A stretch of DNA of 59,638 bases, taken from the IMG/VR virus record IMGVR_UViG_3300040529_000001, positions 1-59,638 of that record. One strand, written 5' to 3'. Positions 1-7,216 of the stretch are shown one piece after another (the first letter of the stretch is position 1; every line of letters begins with the position of its first letter). The notes below the pieces were generated by a model. The model saw nothing but the letters and a program-made list of their open reading frames with translations, ran no database searches and was not told the origin of the DNA. Position numbers and translations under genes: made by a program. This stretch comes from a virus. Lineage: Duplodnaviria > Caudoviricetes.

Positions 1-99
1 GTGGCCGCGTTCGCGGCTGAGGCCGGGCTGATCATCGTCGATGGCCAGCGCAAGGTCACCCCGATGGGAAGCGTCTGGGCGTTCGGCGCGTACCCGTCC
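1..99. repeat. 99-bp terminal direct repeat (identical to 59540-59638), indicating a circular assembly overlap
   Basis: The first 99 nt match the last 99 nt exactly, and the ORF from 58994 reads in frame across the junction into 1..273. Confidence 0.97.
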
Positions 100-273
100 G
101 GGGAGGTCATCGTCACGGGTCAGACCACGGTCTGGCGCGCGCCGGAGATCTCGGTCTACTCCTCGTTTGAGAACGCGTCGAACGAGGTTGTCCTGGTGGC
201 CGAGCGCGCCTACTCGGTCGCTTTCGAGTGCTTCGCGGGTCGCGCGGAGTTCAACCCGTTGGAGGGTTCGTAA
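1..273 (+). CDS. 3' part of putative second (pentamer/minor) capsid protein; gene begins at 58994 and wraps the junction (~272 aa)
   Basis: In frame with ATG 58994. Its TAA stop overlaps the ATG (273) of the major tail gene, and it lies directly after the major capsid gene. Confidence 0.7.
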   Translation: MAAFAAEAGLIIVDGQRKVTPMGSVWAFGAYPSGEVIVTGQTTVWRAPEISVYSSFENASNEVVLVAERAYSVAFECFAGRAEFNPLEGS

Positions 274-965
274 TGGCGAATCTGCTGTGCGCTAAGCCCC
301 TTCAGGGGGAGACCGTGCGCGTCACGCGCCTGGACGAGTGCGGTAACCCGGAGTTCGGGGACTGTGCTTTCGCGGTGTCGGACGGCTACGTCTCGGTCAC
401 GCTGACCCCGGAGTCCGAGGAGGGGGAACGCTTCCTCCAGCGCAACGCCAAGGGCCGGGCCATCGTCAACCAGCGGAGCGCGCCGAGCCTCAACTGGTAC
501 GCGGTGTCGATGGTCTTCCAGGAGGTGGACCCCGAGCTGTTCACCATCATCACGGGTCTCCAGCCGTACCTGGACGACCAGGGCAACACCATCGGGTTCC
601 CCGTCACGGAGTCGGACTTCGCCACCGCGAACTTCGCTCTGGAGGCCTGGATGGGCAACGCCGAGGAGGAGTGCCTCCCCGGTGACACGTTCCCGTTCTT
701 CGGATACAACCTCCTGCCCTGGGTCGTGGAGGGCGCGCTGTCCGAGGACATCGTGATCACCAACGACCTGATCACCTTCACGGTGGTGGGCCGGACGCGG
801 AAGGGCACCCCGTGGGGTGTCGGCCCGTATGACGTGGTCCGGGACCTCAATGGCGACCCGTCGCCGCTGTTCACGGCTATCGCCAGCGACACGCACCACC
901 TTCCGATCTGGACCCAGCTTGCGCCGCCGGAGCCGGAGTGCGGTTGCCAGTCGCTCAGCTCCTGA
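273..965 (+). CDS. major tail protein
   Basis: TAATG coupling. The N-terminus ...GETVRVTRLDECG... and the DPELF motif are typical of actinophage (cluster-B-like) tail tube proteins; 230 aa. Confidence 0.8.
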   Translation: MANLLCAKPLQGETVRVTRLDECGNPEFGDCAFAVSDGYVSVTLTPESEEGERFLQRNAKGRAIVNQRSAPSLNWYAVSMVFQEVDPELFTIITGLQPYLDDQGNTIGFPVTESDFATANFALEAWMGNAEEECLPGDTFPFFGYNLLPWVVEGALSEDIVITNDLITFTVVGRTRKGTPWGVGPYDVVRDLNGDPSPLFTAIASDTHHLPIWTQLAPPEPECGCQSLSS

Positions 966-966
966 G

Positions 967-995
967 TGGACACCTCCCCGTCGAGCCTGTAAAGT
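967..995 (+). promoter_or_regulatory. SigA/HrdB-type promoter TGGACA-N17-TAAAGT
   Basis: Hexamers with a 17-nt spacer upstream of a cluster of three small ORFs. Confidence 0.6.
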
Positions 996-1037
996 AGAGG
1001 GCACGGCGGGGAGGTGCCCCGCTGGGGAGAGGCTGTG

Positions 1038-1220
1038 GTGAAGAAGAGCGAGAAGGCCGCCAAGGAAGCGTTGCGCAACCACCCCCAGGTCCAGGCGACG
1101 GATCACGTCATCCGGGTGACCAAAAAGGGCGCGGGGATGGAGTACAACCAGGGGCAGTCCATCAAGCAGGGGTTCGGCTCCGGCATCCGGGACGCGCTGG
1201 CGGCCCGGAAGAAGAAGTAG
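1038..1220 (+). CDS. small basic hypothetical protein
   Basis: GGAGAGG RBS, GC3-rich codons, downstream of a promoter. Confidence 0.65.
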   Translation: MKKSEKAAKEALRNHPQVQATDHVIRVTKKGAGMEYNQGQSIKQGFGSGIRDALAARKKK

Positions 1221-1224
1221 CGGC

Positions 1225-1356
1225 GTGCCCAAGAGGACGTGCCAGACGTGCCACGGACAGAAGACCATCCTGGTAGAGGTCAAGCCCGGTCAGTGGGAGC
1301 GGAAGACTTGCCCCGCTTGCAACGGTGCTGGTGAGATCCATACAGAGGTCATCTGA
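1225..1356 (+). CDS. 43-aa DnaJ-type zinc-finger microprotein (CxxCxG x2); not in ORF track
   Basis: Translates as MPKRTCQTCHGQKTILVEVKPGQWERKTCPACNGAGEIHTEVI; TGATG-coupled to the next ORF. Confidence 0.75.
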   Translation: MPKRTCQTCHGQKTILVEVKPGQWERKTCPACNGAGEIHTEVI

Positions 1357-1484
1357 TGGTCTGGAGGACGTGCCAGACGTGCAGGGGCAAGATGAAAGTT
1401 CCGGACCCTAAGAATCCCAGCCAGACGAAGGTCTGCCCCGCGTGTCGGGGCGAGGGCGGGGCGAACACTCAGACCACGCCCTGA
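1356..1484 (+). CDS. 42-aa DnaJ-type zinc-finger microprotein, tandem paralog; not in ORF track
   Basis: Translates as MVWRTCQTCRGKMKVPDPKNPSQTKVCPACRGEGGANTQTTP; shares the 19-bp GAGGACGTGCCAGACGTGC with the preceding ORF. Confidence 0.75.
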   Translation: MVWRTCQTCRGKMKVPDPKNPSQTKVCPACRGEGGANTQTTP

Positions 1485-1498
1485 CAATGAACTGTCAA

Positions 1499-1532
1499 CA
1501 GGCCCGCCGGGGATGTCTCCTGGCGGGCCTGT
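1499..1532. terminator. hairpin / intrinsic terminator
   Basis: Inverted repeat ACAGGCCCGCCGGGGA...TCCTGGCGGGCCTGT after the microprotein cluster. Confidence 0.6.
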
Positions 1533-1569
1533 TCTGTACGCTGAGCAGCAGAGCCCCGAGGAGGCCGCC

Positions 1570-1905
1570 ATGCCACTGAACACCGCCGGTATTACCGCCG
1601 TTCTGGAGGACGGTAACGAGGCCGTTGTCTGGGTCGCGGTGGGAAGCGGTCCGACCGCCGGGGACCAGACGTCCGCCCAGCGCCGCCAGCTCACCAGCAC
1701 GGTGGCCGCTGGCGTGATCACGGCCAACGGGCTGCCCTACTCGTACACCGGCACCCCGGCCGCTGGCGCCACCCACGCGCTGTTCTTCAGCGCGAACGCG
1801 GCCGGGACGTTCTACGGGTACGACGCGCTGACGGGGGACCAGGCGTTCAACGCGGCCGGAGAGTACGACATCACCGCGCTGACCATCACCGGCTCCAGCA
1901 CCTGA
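1570..1905 (+). CDS. putative virion structural protein (small tail/fibre-associated)
   Basis: GAGGAGG RBS; Ala/Gly/Thr-rich beta-strand protein within the structural operon. Confidence 0.65.
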   Translation: MPLNTAGITAVLEDGNEAVVWVAVGSGPTAGDQTSAQRRQLTSTVAAGVITANGLPYSYTGTPAAGATHALFFSANAAGTFYGYDALTGDQAFNAAGEYDITALTITGSST

Positions 1906-1918
1906 TCGGGGGCCGACG

Positions 1919-2842
1919 ATGGCCCAGACGCTGTTCACCTCCCAGGTCCCGGTCAGCCCGGACCTCAGCGACAACACGGTGTATTCCCTCGGGACGTACT
2001 TCACACCGGCCGTGGACGGCACCGTCACGCACATCCGCTGGTGGTTCCCCTCCACTCCCCAGCCCGGTGGCGTGCCGGTCAAGGCGGCGCTGTTCCGTAC
2101 CTCGGACAGCGCCAAGATCAGCGACCCCGTAGATGTGGAGTTCGCCTCCCCCGGGACGCTCAACGACTGGAACCAGGTGGCCCTCAGTCCACCGGTGGCG
2201 GTCCTGGCCGGGGTCACCTACTGCGCAGCGATCCGCACCCCGGGCCGATACCCGAACTCCGGCGGCGCCTCTTCGCCCTGGCCCATCACGAACGGTGACC
2301 TGAGTACCGGCCTCCAGGCGGGCCGGTTCAACGACATGGGCAGCCCCGGCGGCCCGGACGTCGTGTTCCCCACCAACAACTTCAACGACGGGTGCTACTT
2401 CGTAGACCTCGTGTTTGAGCCGGACGGCGGGACACCGGCCGAGGGCACGGTGGGCCTGGGCCTGGACCTCGCGGTGGCCGCCACCGGCGGCGCGGACGCG
2501 GAAGGATCGGCCGCCCTCGGGCTCGGCCTCGCGGTGGCCGCCAGCGGCACGGCACGGGCTCAGGGAGCGGTGGCCCTCACTCTCGGACTCGCACCGGCCG
2601 CCGCCGGGGAGAGAGCCTCTCAGGGCGCGGCGGCCGTAGGCCTGGGCCTCGCGGTGGCCGCCACCGGCGAGCGTGCGGCGCGCGGCGCGGCGGCCCTCGG
2701 GCTCAACCTCGCGGTGGCCGCCGCCGGGTCGAACGGTGAGGCCGGGTGCCCGGTGTCCCCGTGGCCCTGGACTCCCCGGGTGCTGACCGGATACCCCGAG
2801 ACAGCCCGACCTGTAAAGTCATTCCCAGGAGGGGATTGTTGA
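1919..2842 (+). CDS. DUF4082-domain virion protein with C-terminal Ala/Gly/Leu repeats
   Basis: YSLGTYFTPAVDGTVTHIRWW...WNQVAL...YFVDLVF matches DUF4082; about 5 repeats of LGLxLAVAAxG. Confidence 0.7.
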   Translation: MAQTLFTSQVPVSPDLSDNTVYSLGTYFTPAVDGTVTHIRWWFPSTPQPGGVPVKAALFRTSDSAKISDPVDVEFASPGTLNDWNQVALSPPVAVLAGVTYCAAIRTPGRYPNSGGASSPWPITNGDLSTGLQAGRFNDMGSPGGPDVVFPTNNFNDGCYFVDLVFEPDGGTPAEGTVGLGLDLAVAATGGADAEGSAALGLGLAVAASGTARAQGAVALTLGLAPAAAGERASQGAAAVGLGLAVAATGERAARGAAALGLNLAVAAAGSNGEAGCPVSPWPWTPRVLTGYPETARPVKSFPGGDC

Positions 2843-3654
2843 TGGCGGTTCCGTGCTCGTGGGATGTGGTCGTTCCGACCGATATGTGTTCGGGCTGGGC
2901 TGACTACCCCCAGGCCACCAAGGACACCGCGCTGTGGCTCGCCTCCACGTACCTGTGGGCCGCGACCGGGCGCCAGTACGGAGCTTGCCCGGTGACGGTG
3001 CGGCCCAGCCAGGGCGGTGGGGCCGAGCTGGTCTACCAGGACTTCCCCGTGGCGCCAGGTCACGCCGGTATCGGCGTGCCGGGCGGCCCGTTCCTGTTCG
3101 CTGGCCGCTGGTTTAACTCCGGGTGCGCCACCGCGTGCTGTGGTTCGTCCGCGTGCGCCGTGGTCCTGCGTGGCCCGGTGGCCAGCGTGGACGAGGTCAC
3201 CGTGGACGACGAGGTGATCCCTGCCAGCGCGTACCGAGTGGACATCACCGGCGGCGCGTGGCTCCTGGTCCGGGTCGATGGCGAGTGCTGGCCCGCGTGC
3301 CAGAACTTCACGGCCGACGAGGGCGAGGTGGGATCGTTCACGGTGACGTACGCCCTGGGCCGGGCGCTGCCCGAGGCCCTGGCTATCGCTACCGCCATGC
3401 TGGCCTGTGAGTACGCCAAGAGCATCGTGGGCGCGGTGTGCGCGCTGCCCGCCAAGATGACCCGGCTGTCCCGCCAGGGCGTGGAGATCGAGCTGGAGCC
3501 CGCCGACCCCGGGGACGGTAAGACCGGGGTCAAGTTCGTGGACGAGGTGATCAGCGCGCTCAATCCGAGCAAGCGCCGGAGCCCGCCTCTGTTGCTCTCG
3601 CTCGACCTCCCCGAGGCGTGCGACCGCATCACGGTGATCGGGACGGGGAGCTGA
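2842..3654 (+). CDS. head-to-tail adaptor
   Basis: Motifs ASTYLWAATGRQYG and CALPAKMTRLSRQGV; TGATG coupling; gene position. Confidence 0.75.
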   Translation: MAVPCSWDVVVPTDMCSGWADYPQATKDTALWLASTYLWAATGRQYGACPVTVRPSQGGGAELVYQDFPVAPGHAGIGVPGGPFLFAGRWFNSGCATACCGSSACAVVLRGPVASVDEVTVDDEVIPASAYRVDITGGAWLLVRVDGECWPACQNFTADEGEVGSFTVTYALGRALPEALAIATAMLACEYAKSIVGAVCALPAKMTRLSRQGVEIELEPADPGDGKTGVKFVDEVISALNPSKRRSPPLLLSLDLPEACDRITVIGTGS

Positions 3655-4202
3655 TGGCACCCGTTGCGGACCCCATGGTCATGCCACTGGCGCGCGAGCT
3701 GCTGGAGTGCTATGACCAGGAACTCCTGAAGCTGGCCAACCCTCCGACCTACGTCCAATTCCGCCCCGGCAACGTGGTGGCCCACCTCCTGAGCACCTCG
3801 CAGGATGAGTGCTGCGAGGGGCTGGCCTGGGTCCGGCCCGCCTCGTTCGTGCCCAGCTCGGGTGTGTTCCCCGTGCAGGACCCCCAGCCGATCCGGGGCG
3901 GGGTGAAAGCGTGGGCCGTGACCTTGGAGCTGGGCTACATCCGGTGCGCGCCGGTGGGTGATGAGACCACCATCCCCACGGCGGACGAGTGGGACGAGGC
4001 TGTCCAGGGCGTGATGGACGGAGCGGCGGCGATGCGGCGCGCGCTGTGCTGTTTCATCGACGCGAAACAAGGCCGGTCCGGCCGGGTTCTCGCCGGTACC
4101 TGGCAACCGATCGAGGTCCAGGGCGGCTGTGTCGGTGGGTTGATGCCCATCACGATCCAGGGTCCGGCGTGCGATTGCAGCGAGGCCGGGCCAGAGAGCT
4201 GA
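3654..4202 (+). CDS. putative tail terminator / head-tail completion protein
   Basis: Coupled to the adaptor gene; motifs CCEGLAWVR, LGYIRCAP and QGGCVGG seen in actinophage connector modules. Confidence 0.55.
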   Translation: MAPVADPMVMPLARELLECYDQELLKLANPPTYVQFRPGNVVAHLLSTSQDECCEGLAWVRPASFVPSSGVFPVQDPQPIRGGVKAWAVTLELGYIRCAPVGDETTIPTADEWDEAVQGVMDGAAAMRRALCCFIDAKQGRSGRVLAGTWQPIEVQGGCVGGLMPITIQGPACDCSEAGPES

Positions 4203-4217
4203 CCCGGCCACCGGCCG

Positions 4218-4376
4218 CTACTTCTCCCAGCGCCACCGGCTCGTGGTCCGGCGCACTCGCATGTGCCGGGCCTCGTCCGGGCACCCGCGTACCCCGCACG
4301 AGCACAGCGGGAGCGCCGCCGGACAGTTGATCCCGGAAGGGTCAGACCTATTCTCGGTGACTTCCTCGTTACCCAT
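4218..4376 (-). CDS. 52-aa Cys-containing microprotein, probably leaderless; not in ORF track
   Basis: MGNEEVTENRSDPSGINCPAALPLCSCGVRGCPDEARHMRVRRTTSRWRWEK fills the intergenic gap; minus-strand CTGTAAAGT -10 box lies 6 nt before the ATG. Confidence 0.5.
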   Translation of the reverse strand: MGNEEVTENRSDPSGINCPAALPLCSCGVRGCPDEARHMRVRRTTSRWRWEK

Positions 4377-4434
4377 GGTCGAACTTTACAGGCATTGCTT
4401 CCTTGATCACAAGCCCGAGAGGTAACCTCGCAGC

Positions 4435-4857
4435 ATGGTCGCGCACTCGCTCCGCATCAACCGTCCCGCCCTGCACGGGGAGGGTATGGACGCCGCGCGT
4501 AAGGCTGTCAACCGCGTGGTGCGCCGGACGTACACCCGCTCCCAGGTGCTGGTCCCCGTCGACAACGGGCCGCTACGGGCCAGCGGTCAGCCGGACCTGG
4601 CCAGCGACCGGGGTTCCCTGGTCATCGGTGGCGTCACCTACACGGCGGAGTACGCGGCGGCCGTGCACAACGGGCGGCGCGCGCTGACCATCCGGCCCAA
4701 GGGCAACCGGCCGAACGCGCGTCTCCGGTTCGTGGTGGACGGCCGGGTCGTGTTCGCGCGCTCGGTGCACCAGCCCGCGCGGGCCGGGCGCCCGTACCTG
4801 GCCCAGGCGCTCCGCGAGGTGGCCGCCCAGGAGGGGTTCACCGTCACCATCGGCTGA
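4435..4857 (+). CDS. HK97 gp10-like neck/tail completion protein
   Basis: Motifs PVDNGPLRAS, YAAAVHNG and PYLAQAL. Confidence 0.7.
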   Translation: MVAHSLRINRPALHGEGMDAARKAVNRVVRRTYTRSQVLVPVDNGPLRASGQPDLASDRGSLVIGGVTYTAEYAAAVHNGRRALTIRPKGNRPNARLRFVVDGRVVFARSVHQPARAGRPYLAQALREVAAQEGFTVTIG

Positions 4858-4889
4858 GATGTCCCCTCACCCTGGGGTATGGTGGCACC

Positions 4890-5309
4890 ATGACCGAACA
4901 GAGTGGGGAGGCTCCGGCTCAGGCCACGGTTGCCGTGATGCCGGAGCTGGAGATCGATTTCAAGGACCGCAAGATCTGGGTCAAGATGCCCAGCCCGGAA
5001 CAGCTCCTGGTCTGGAAGCGCACGCTGACCCAGCTCCAGGCGGCTGACGTCAAGGGCTGGAACGGCGAACAGGTGATGCGCGCCCTGGAGCGGACCCGGC
5101 TCATCATCGATTCCGTGCTCGCCCACCAGACGGACAAGGACTGGCTGGACGATGAAATGCTGGCCGGGACCATCGGCCTGATGGAGACCGCCGCCCTGAT
5201 CAACCTCACGGTGGAGGCGTTCGCCACCGCCGCCGAGCAGGAGGGCAACCGCGAGACCCGGCGCGCCGCCGCCAAGCCCACCAAGAAGGCGCGCCGGAAG
5301 ACCCCGTGA
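4890..5309 (+). CDS. tail assembly chaperone
   Basis: Size, position upstream of the tape measure gene, and NRETRRA C-terminal motif common in actinophage chaperones. Confidence 0.6.
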   Translation: MTEQSGEAPAQATVAVMPELEIDFKDRKIWVKMPSPEQLLVWKRTLTQLQAADVKGWNGEQVMRALERTRLIIDSVLAHQTDKDWLDDEMLAGTIGLMETAALINLTVEAFATAAEQEGNRETRRAAAKPTKKARRKTP

Positions 5310-5434
5310 ACTCCCGGGGCCGACGCACTCAGCGCCGCGCGGACGAGCGACGCGAGATCAAGCGGATACGCCGTGAGCGCGAGGCCCTCCAGCGAAGCTA
5401 TCGAGCCAAGAGGAAGAAGGCGACCAAGCCATGA
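5306..5434 (+). CDS. 42-aa Arg-rich microprotein; not in ORF track
   Basis: GTGA and ATGA 4-nt overlaps at both ends; translates as MNSRGRRTQRRADERREIKRIRREREALQRSYRAKRKKATKP. Confidence 0.55.
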   Translation: MNSRGRRTQRRADERREIKRIRREREALQRSYRAKRKKATKP

Positions 5435-5787
5435 TGTCCCTGGGCACCCCGCCCGATCCGTCCACTGTGCTGGGCACGCGCGAGCACGCGGAGCACCTGA
5501 CCAAGCTCCGGTTTCCGGCCGTCCGTGACGCCCTCCAGTGGCTCACGTTCGCCCACCTCCCCGAGGCGCTCCAGAACTACGCGCGGCCGTTCTACCAGAC
5601 CGCCGTGGAGCTGATCACCAGCATCAAGGACAGCCCCGAGCTGACCCACGCGCTGAACGGCCTCATCACGGCCAAGGACTGGGCGGTCCGTGCGGGCATC
5701 CGCAACGACACCGGCCGCGCCGGATCGGTGCCCCGGCCGCGCCAGGTCGTGCTCCCCCCGACGTTCAACGAGCCGAGGACCGACTGA
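5431..5787 (+). CDS. small helical-hairpin phage protein (possible Acb2/Tad1-like fold)
   Basis: The F.HLP..LQ....PF...A..L.....PE...AL..L..AKD.AVRA pattern belongs to a widespread phage family; the fold link is inference. Confidence 0.5.
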   Translation: MMSLGTPPDPSTVLGTREHAEHLTKLRFPAVRDALQWLTFAHLPEALQNYARPFYQTAVELITSIKDSPELTHALNGLITAKDWAVRAGIRNDTGRAGSVPRPRQVVLPPTFNEPRTD

Positions 5788-6179
5788 TGAGCATCGGGGA
5801 CGAGGAGTACCGGGTCACCACCCACGAGGGCCAGACGGTCCGTATCGATGTGCTGGCCAGCCACATCGAGGTCAGCGACGGCCACCACACGTTCGGCGAG
5901 CTGTACGACCACCGCCGCGCGCTGACCGCCGCACTGTGCCGGGCGCTCTCGCTGGACGCCTGGCGGAGCAAGGCCCACCACCCCGAGGACAGCCCGATGT
6001 TCGAGGGCGGGTACTTCATCGTGGGGGTCAACCTCCCCACCGGGCCGATCACGTACCACTACAAGCTCTCGCACTGGGACGACTTCGCGGGTGTGATCGA
6101 GCTGGAGCACGCGCCGAGGTGGGACGGCGCCATGCCCCCGGTGACGGTGGACCGGCTCCTGGAGTGGGCGAGGGCCTGA
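5787..6179 (+). CDS. WDGH-domain protein
   Basis: SDGHHTFGELYDHR...W.SK.H...GYFIVG...G.ITYHY...WDDF...APRWDG signature; TGATG coupling. Confidence 0.75.
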   Translation: MSIGDEEYRVTTHEGQTVRIDVLASHIEVSDGHHTFGELYDHRRALTAALCRALSLDAWRSKAHHPEDSPMFEGGYFIVGVNLPTGPITYHYKLSHWDDFAGVIELEHAPRWDGAMPPVTVDRLLEWARA

Positions 6180-6181
6180 CC

Positions 6182-6892
6182 GTGGAGGTGGACCCGCTCG
6201 CTTCCATGCGGTGCTGGGCCATTGAGCTGGAGCTGGGGGGCCGGACGTTCGACGTTCCGGCCCTCCCCGCTGTGGACTGGTGGCCGGTGCTGGTCTCCGG
6301 CGACCTCGCCCAGATCCTTGACTTTGTCGTGTCAACTCCGGAGGACCCGTTCAACCTGGACGATCTCTTGCTGGAGGGGAGGGTGACCCGGGACGAGCTG
6401 GCCGAATCTCTCTCGGACGCCATCGAGACCGCCGCCGGTCGCTCGTTCCACTCCGCGTTCGTGCTCGCCACGGTGGCAAACAGCCAGTGGGCGGCCGTCA
6501 ACGGCACGCTGGCCCGGCGCGGTTTCCGCTGGGACGAGCAACCTCTGGGCGCCGCCCTTGACGCGCTCTACGTCACGATCACCGAGGGGCTGAGCAAGGA
6601 GAACCTGGACAAGTTCCTGGCCATCTTGGAGAACGAGGCGCTGACCCAGAAGGGCAAGAAGCGCCAGCCCACCGAGCGCGTGATGACGGAGTTCGAGACC
6701 TTTGCCGGACCCCGGCCTAAGACAGGCGTGAAATCCACCGGCGCGCCGTCCGATAATGCACGCCCCAGAACTCAGCCACGGCCCCAGCGGCCCCGCCGGG
6801 GCGGCCCGTCGAACGCGCCCAGGCAGCTACCCGGGCCACCCGCTGAAAGTGGTCCGGGGGCCAGCCCCGGGAGCCCGCTGGGCGAGGCTTAG
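6182..6892 (+). CDS. putative second tail assembly chaperone (pre-tape-measure protein)
   Basis: Last plus-strand gene before the tape measure; helical; its 3' end overlaps an antisense gene. Confidence 0.55.
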   Translation: MEVDPLASMRCWAIELELGGRTFDVPALPAVDWWPVLVSGDLAQILDFVVSTPEDPFNLDDLLLEGRVTRDELAESLSDAIETAAGRSFHSAFVLATVANSQWAAVNGTLARRGFRWDEQPLGAALDALYVTITEGLSKENLDKFLAILENEALTQKGKKRQPTERVMTEFETFAGPRPKTGVKSTGAPSDNARPRTQPRPQRPRRGGPSNAPRQLPGPPAESGPGASPGSPLGEA

Positions 6893-7145
6893 CCAGCATC
6901 CGGTATTGGGCCTCGCCCTCCCCAGCCAGCGCGCTAGCGGCCACGCTGGCGAGCTGGCGGACGGGGATCTGGGCCAGGACCGTGGAGGTGACCGGGCCAC
7001 CGTCACGCGCCCACACGACCAGGCCCCGGACCCGGGGCCGGTCGGTCCTCTGGTCCAGGTATACGTCCACGGTCCACGGCCACTCAGGATCGACCACCTG
7101 AACCATGTCCCCGGTGTTCGAGAGCTGAGCGCGTGAGACATCCAT
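6717..7145 (-). CDS. HTH DNA-binding protein (DUF6214-like)
   Basis: C-terminal AVAEFWGVHYRTARRWI helix-turn-helix; minus-strand TAGGAT -10 box 6 nt before the ATG (leaderless). Confidence 0.7.
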   Translation of the reverse strand: MDVSRAQLSNTGDMVQVVDPEWPWTVDVYLDQRTDRPRVRGLVVWARDGGPVTSTVLAQIPVRQLASVAASALAGEGEAQYRMLAKPRPAGSRGWPPDHFQRVARVAAWARSTGRPGGAAGAVAEFWGVHYRTARRWISRLS

Positions 7146-7216
7146 CTGGCCATCCTAGCCGAGATGCCCCCTTGATCTGAGGGACAGTGACATCTCACGG
7201 CCCGTACGCTGACCAC

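Noticed and set aside
5270-5310. Programmed -1 frameshift in the tail assembly chaperone
   Set aside because: No XXXYYYZ slippery site is evident near the 3' end, and three genes separate it from the pre-tape-measure ORF.
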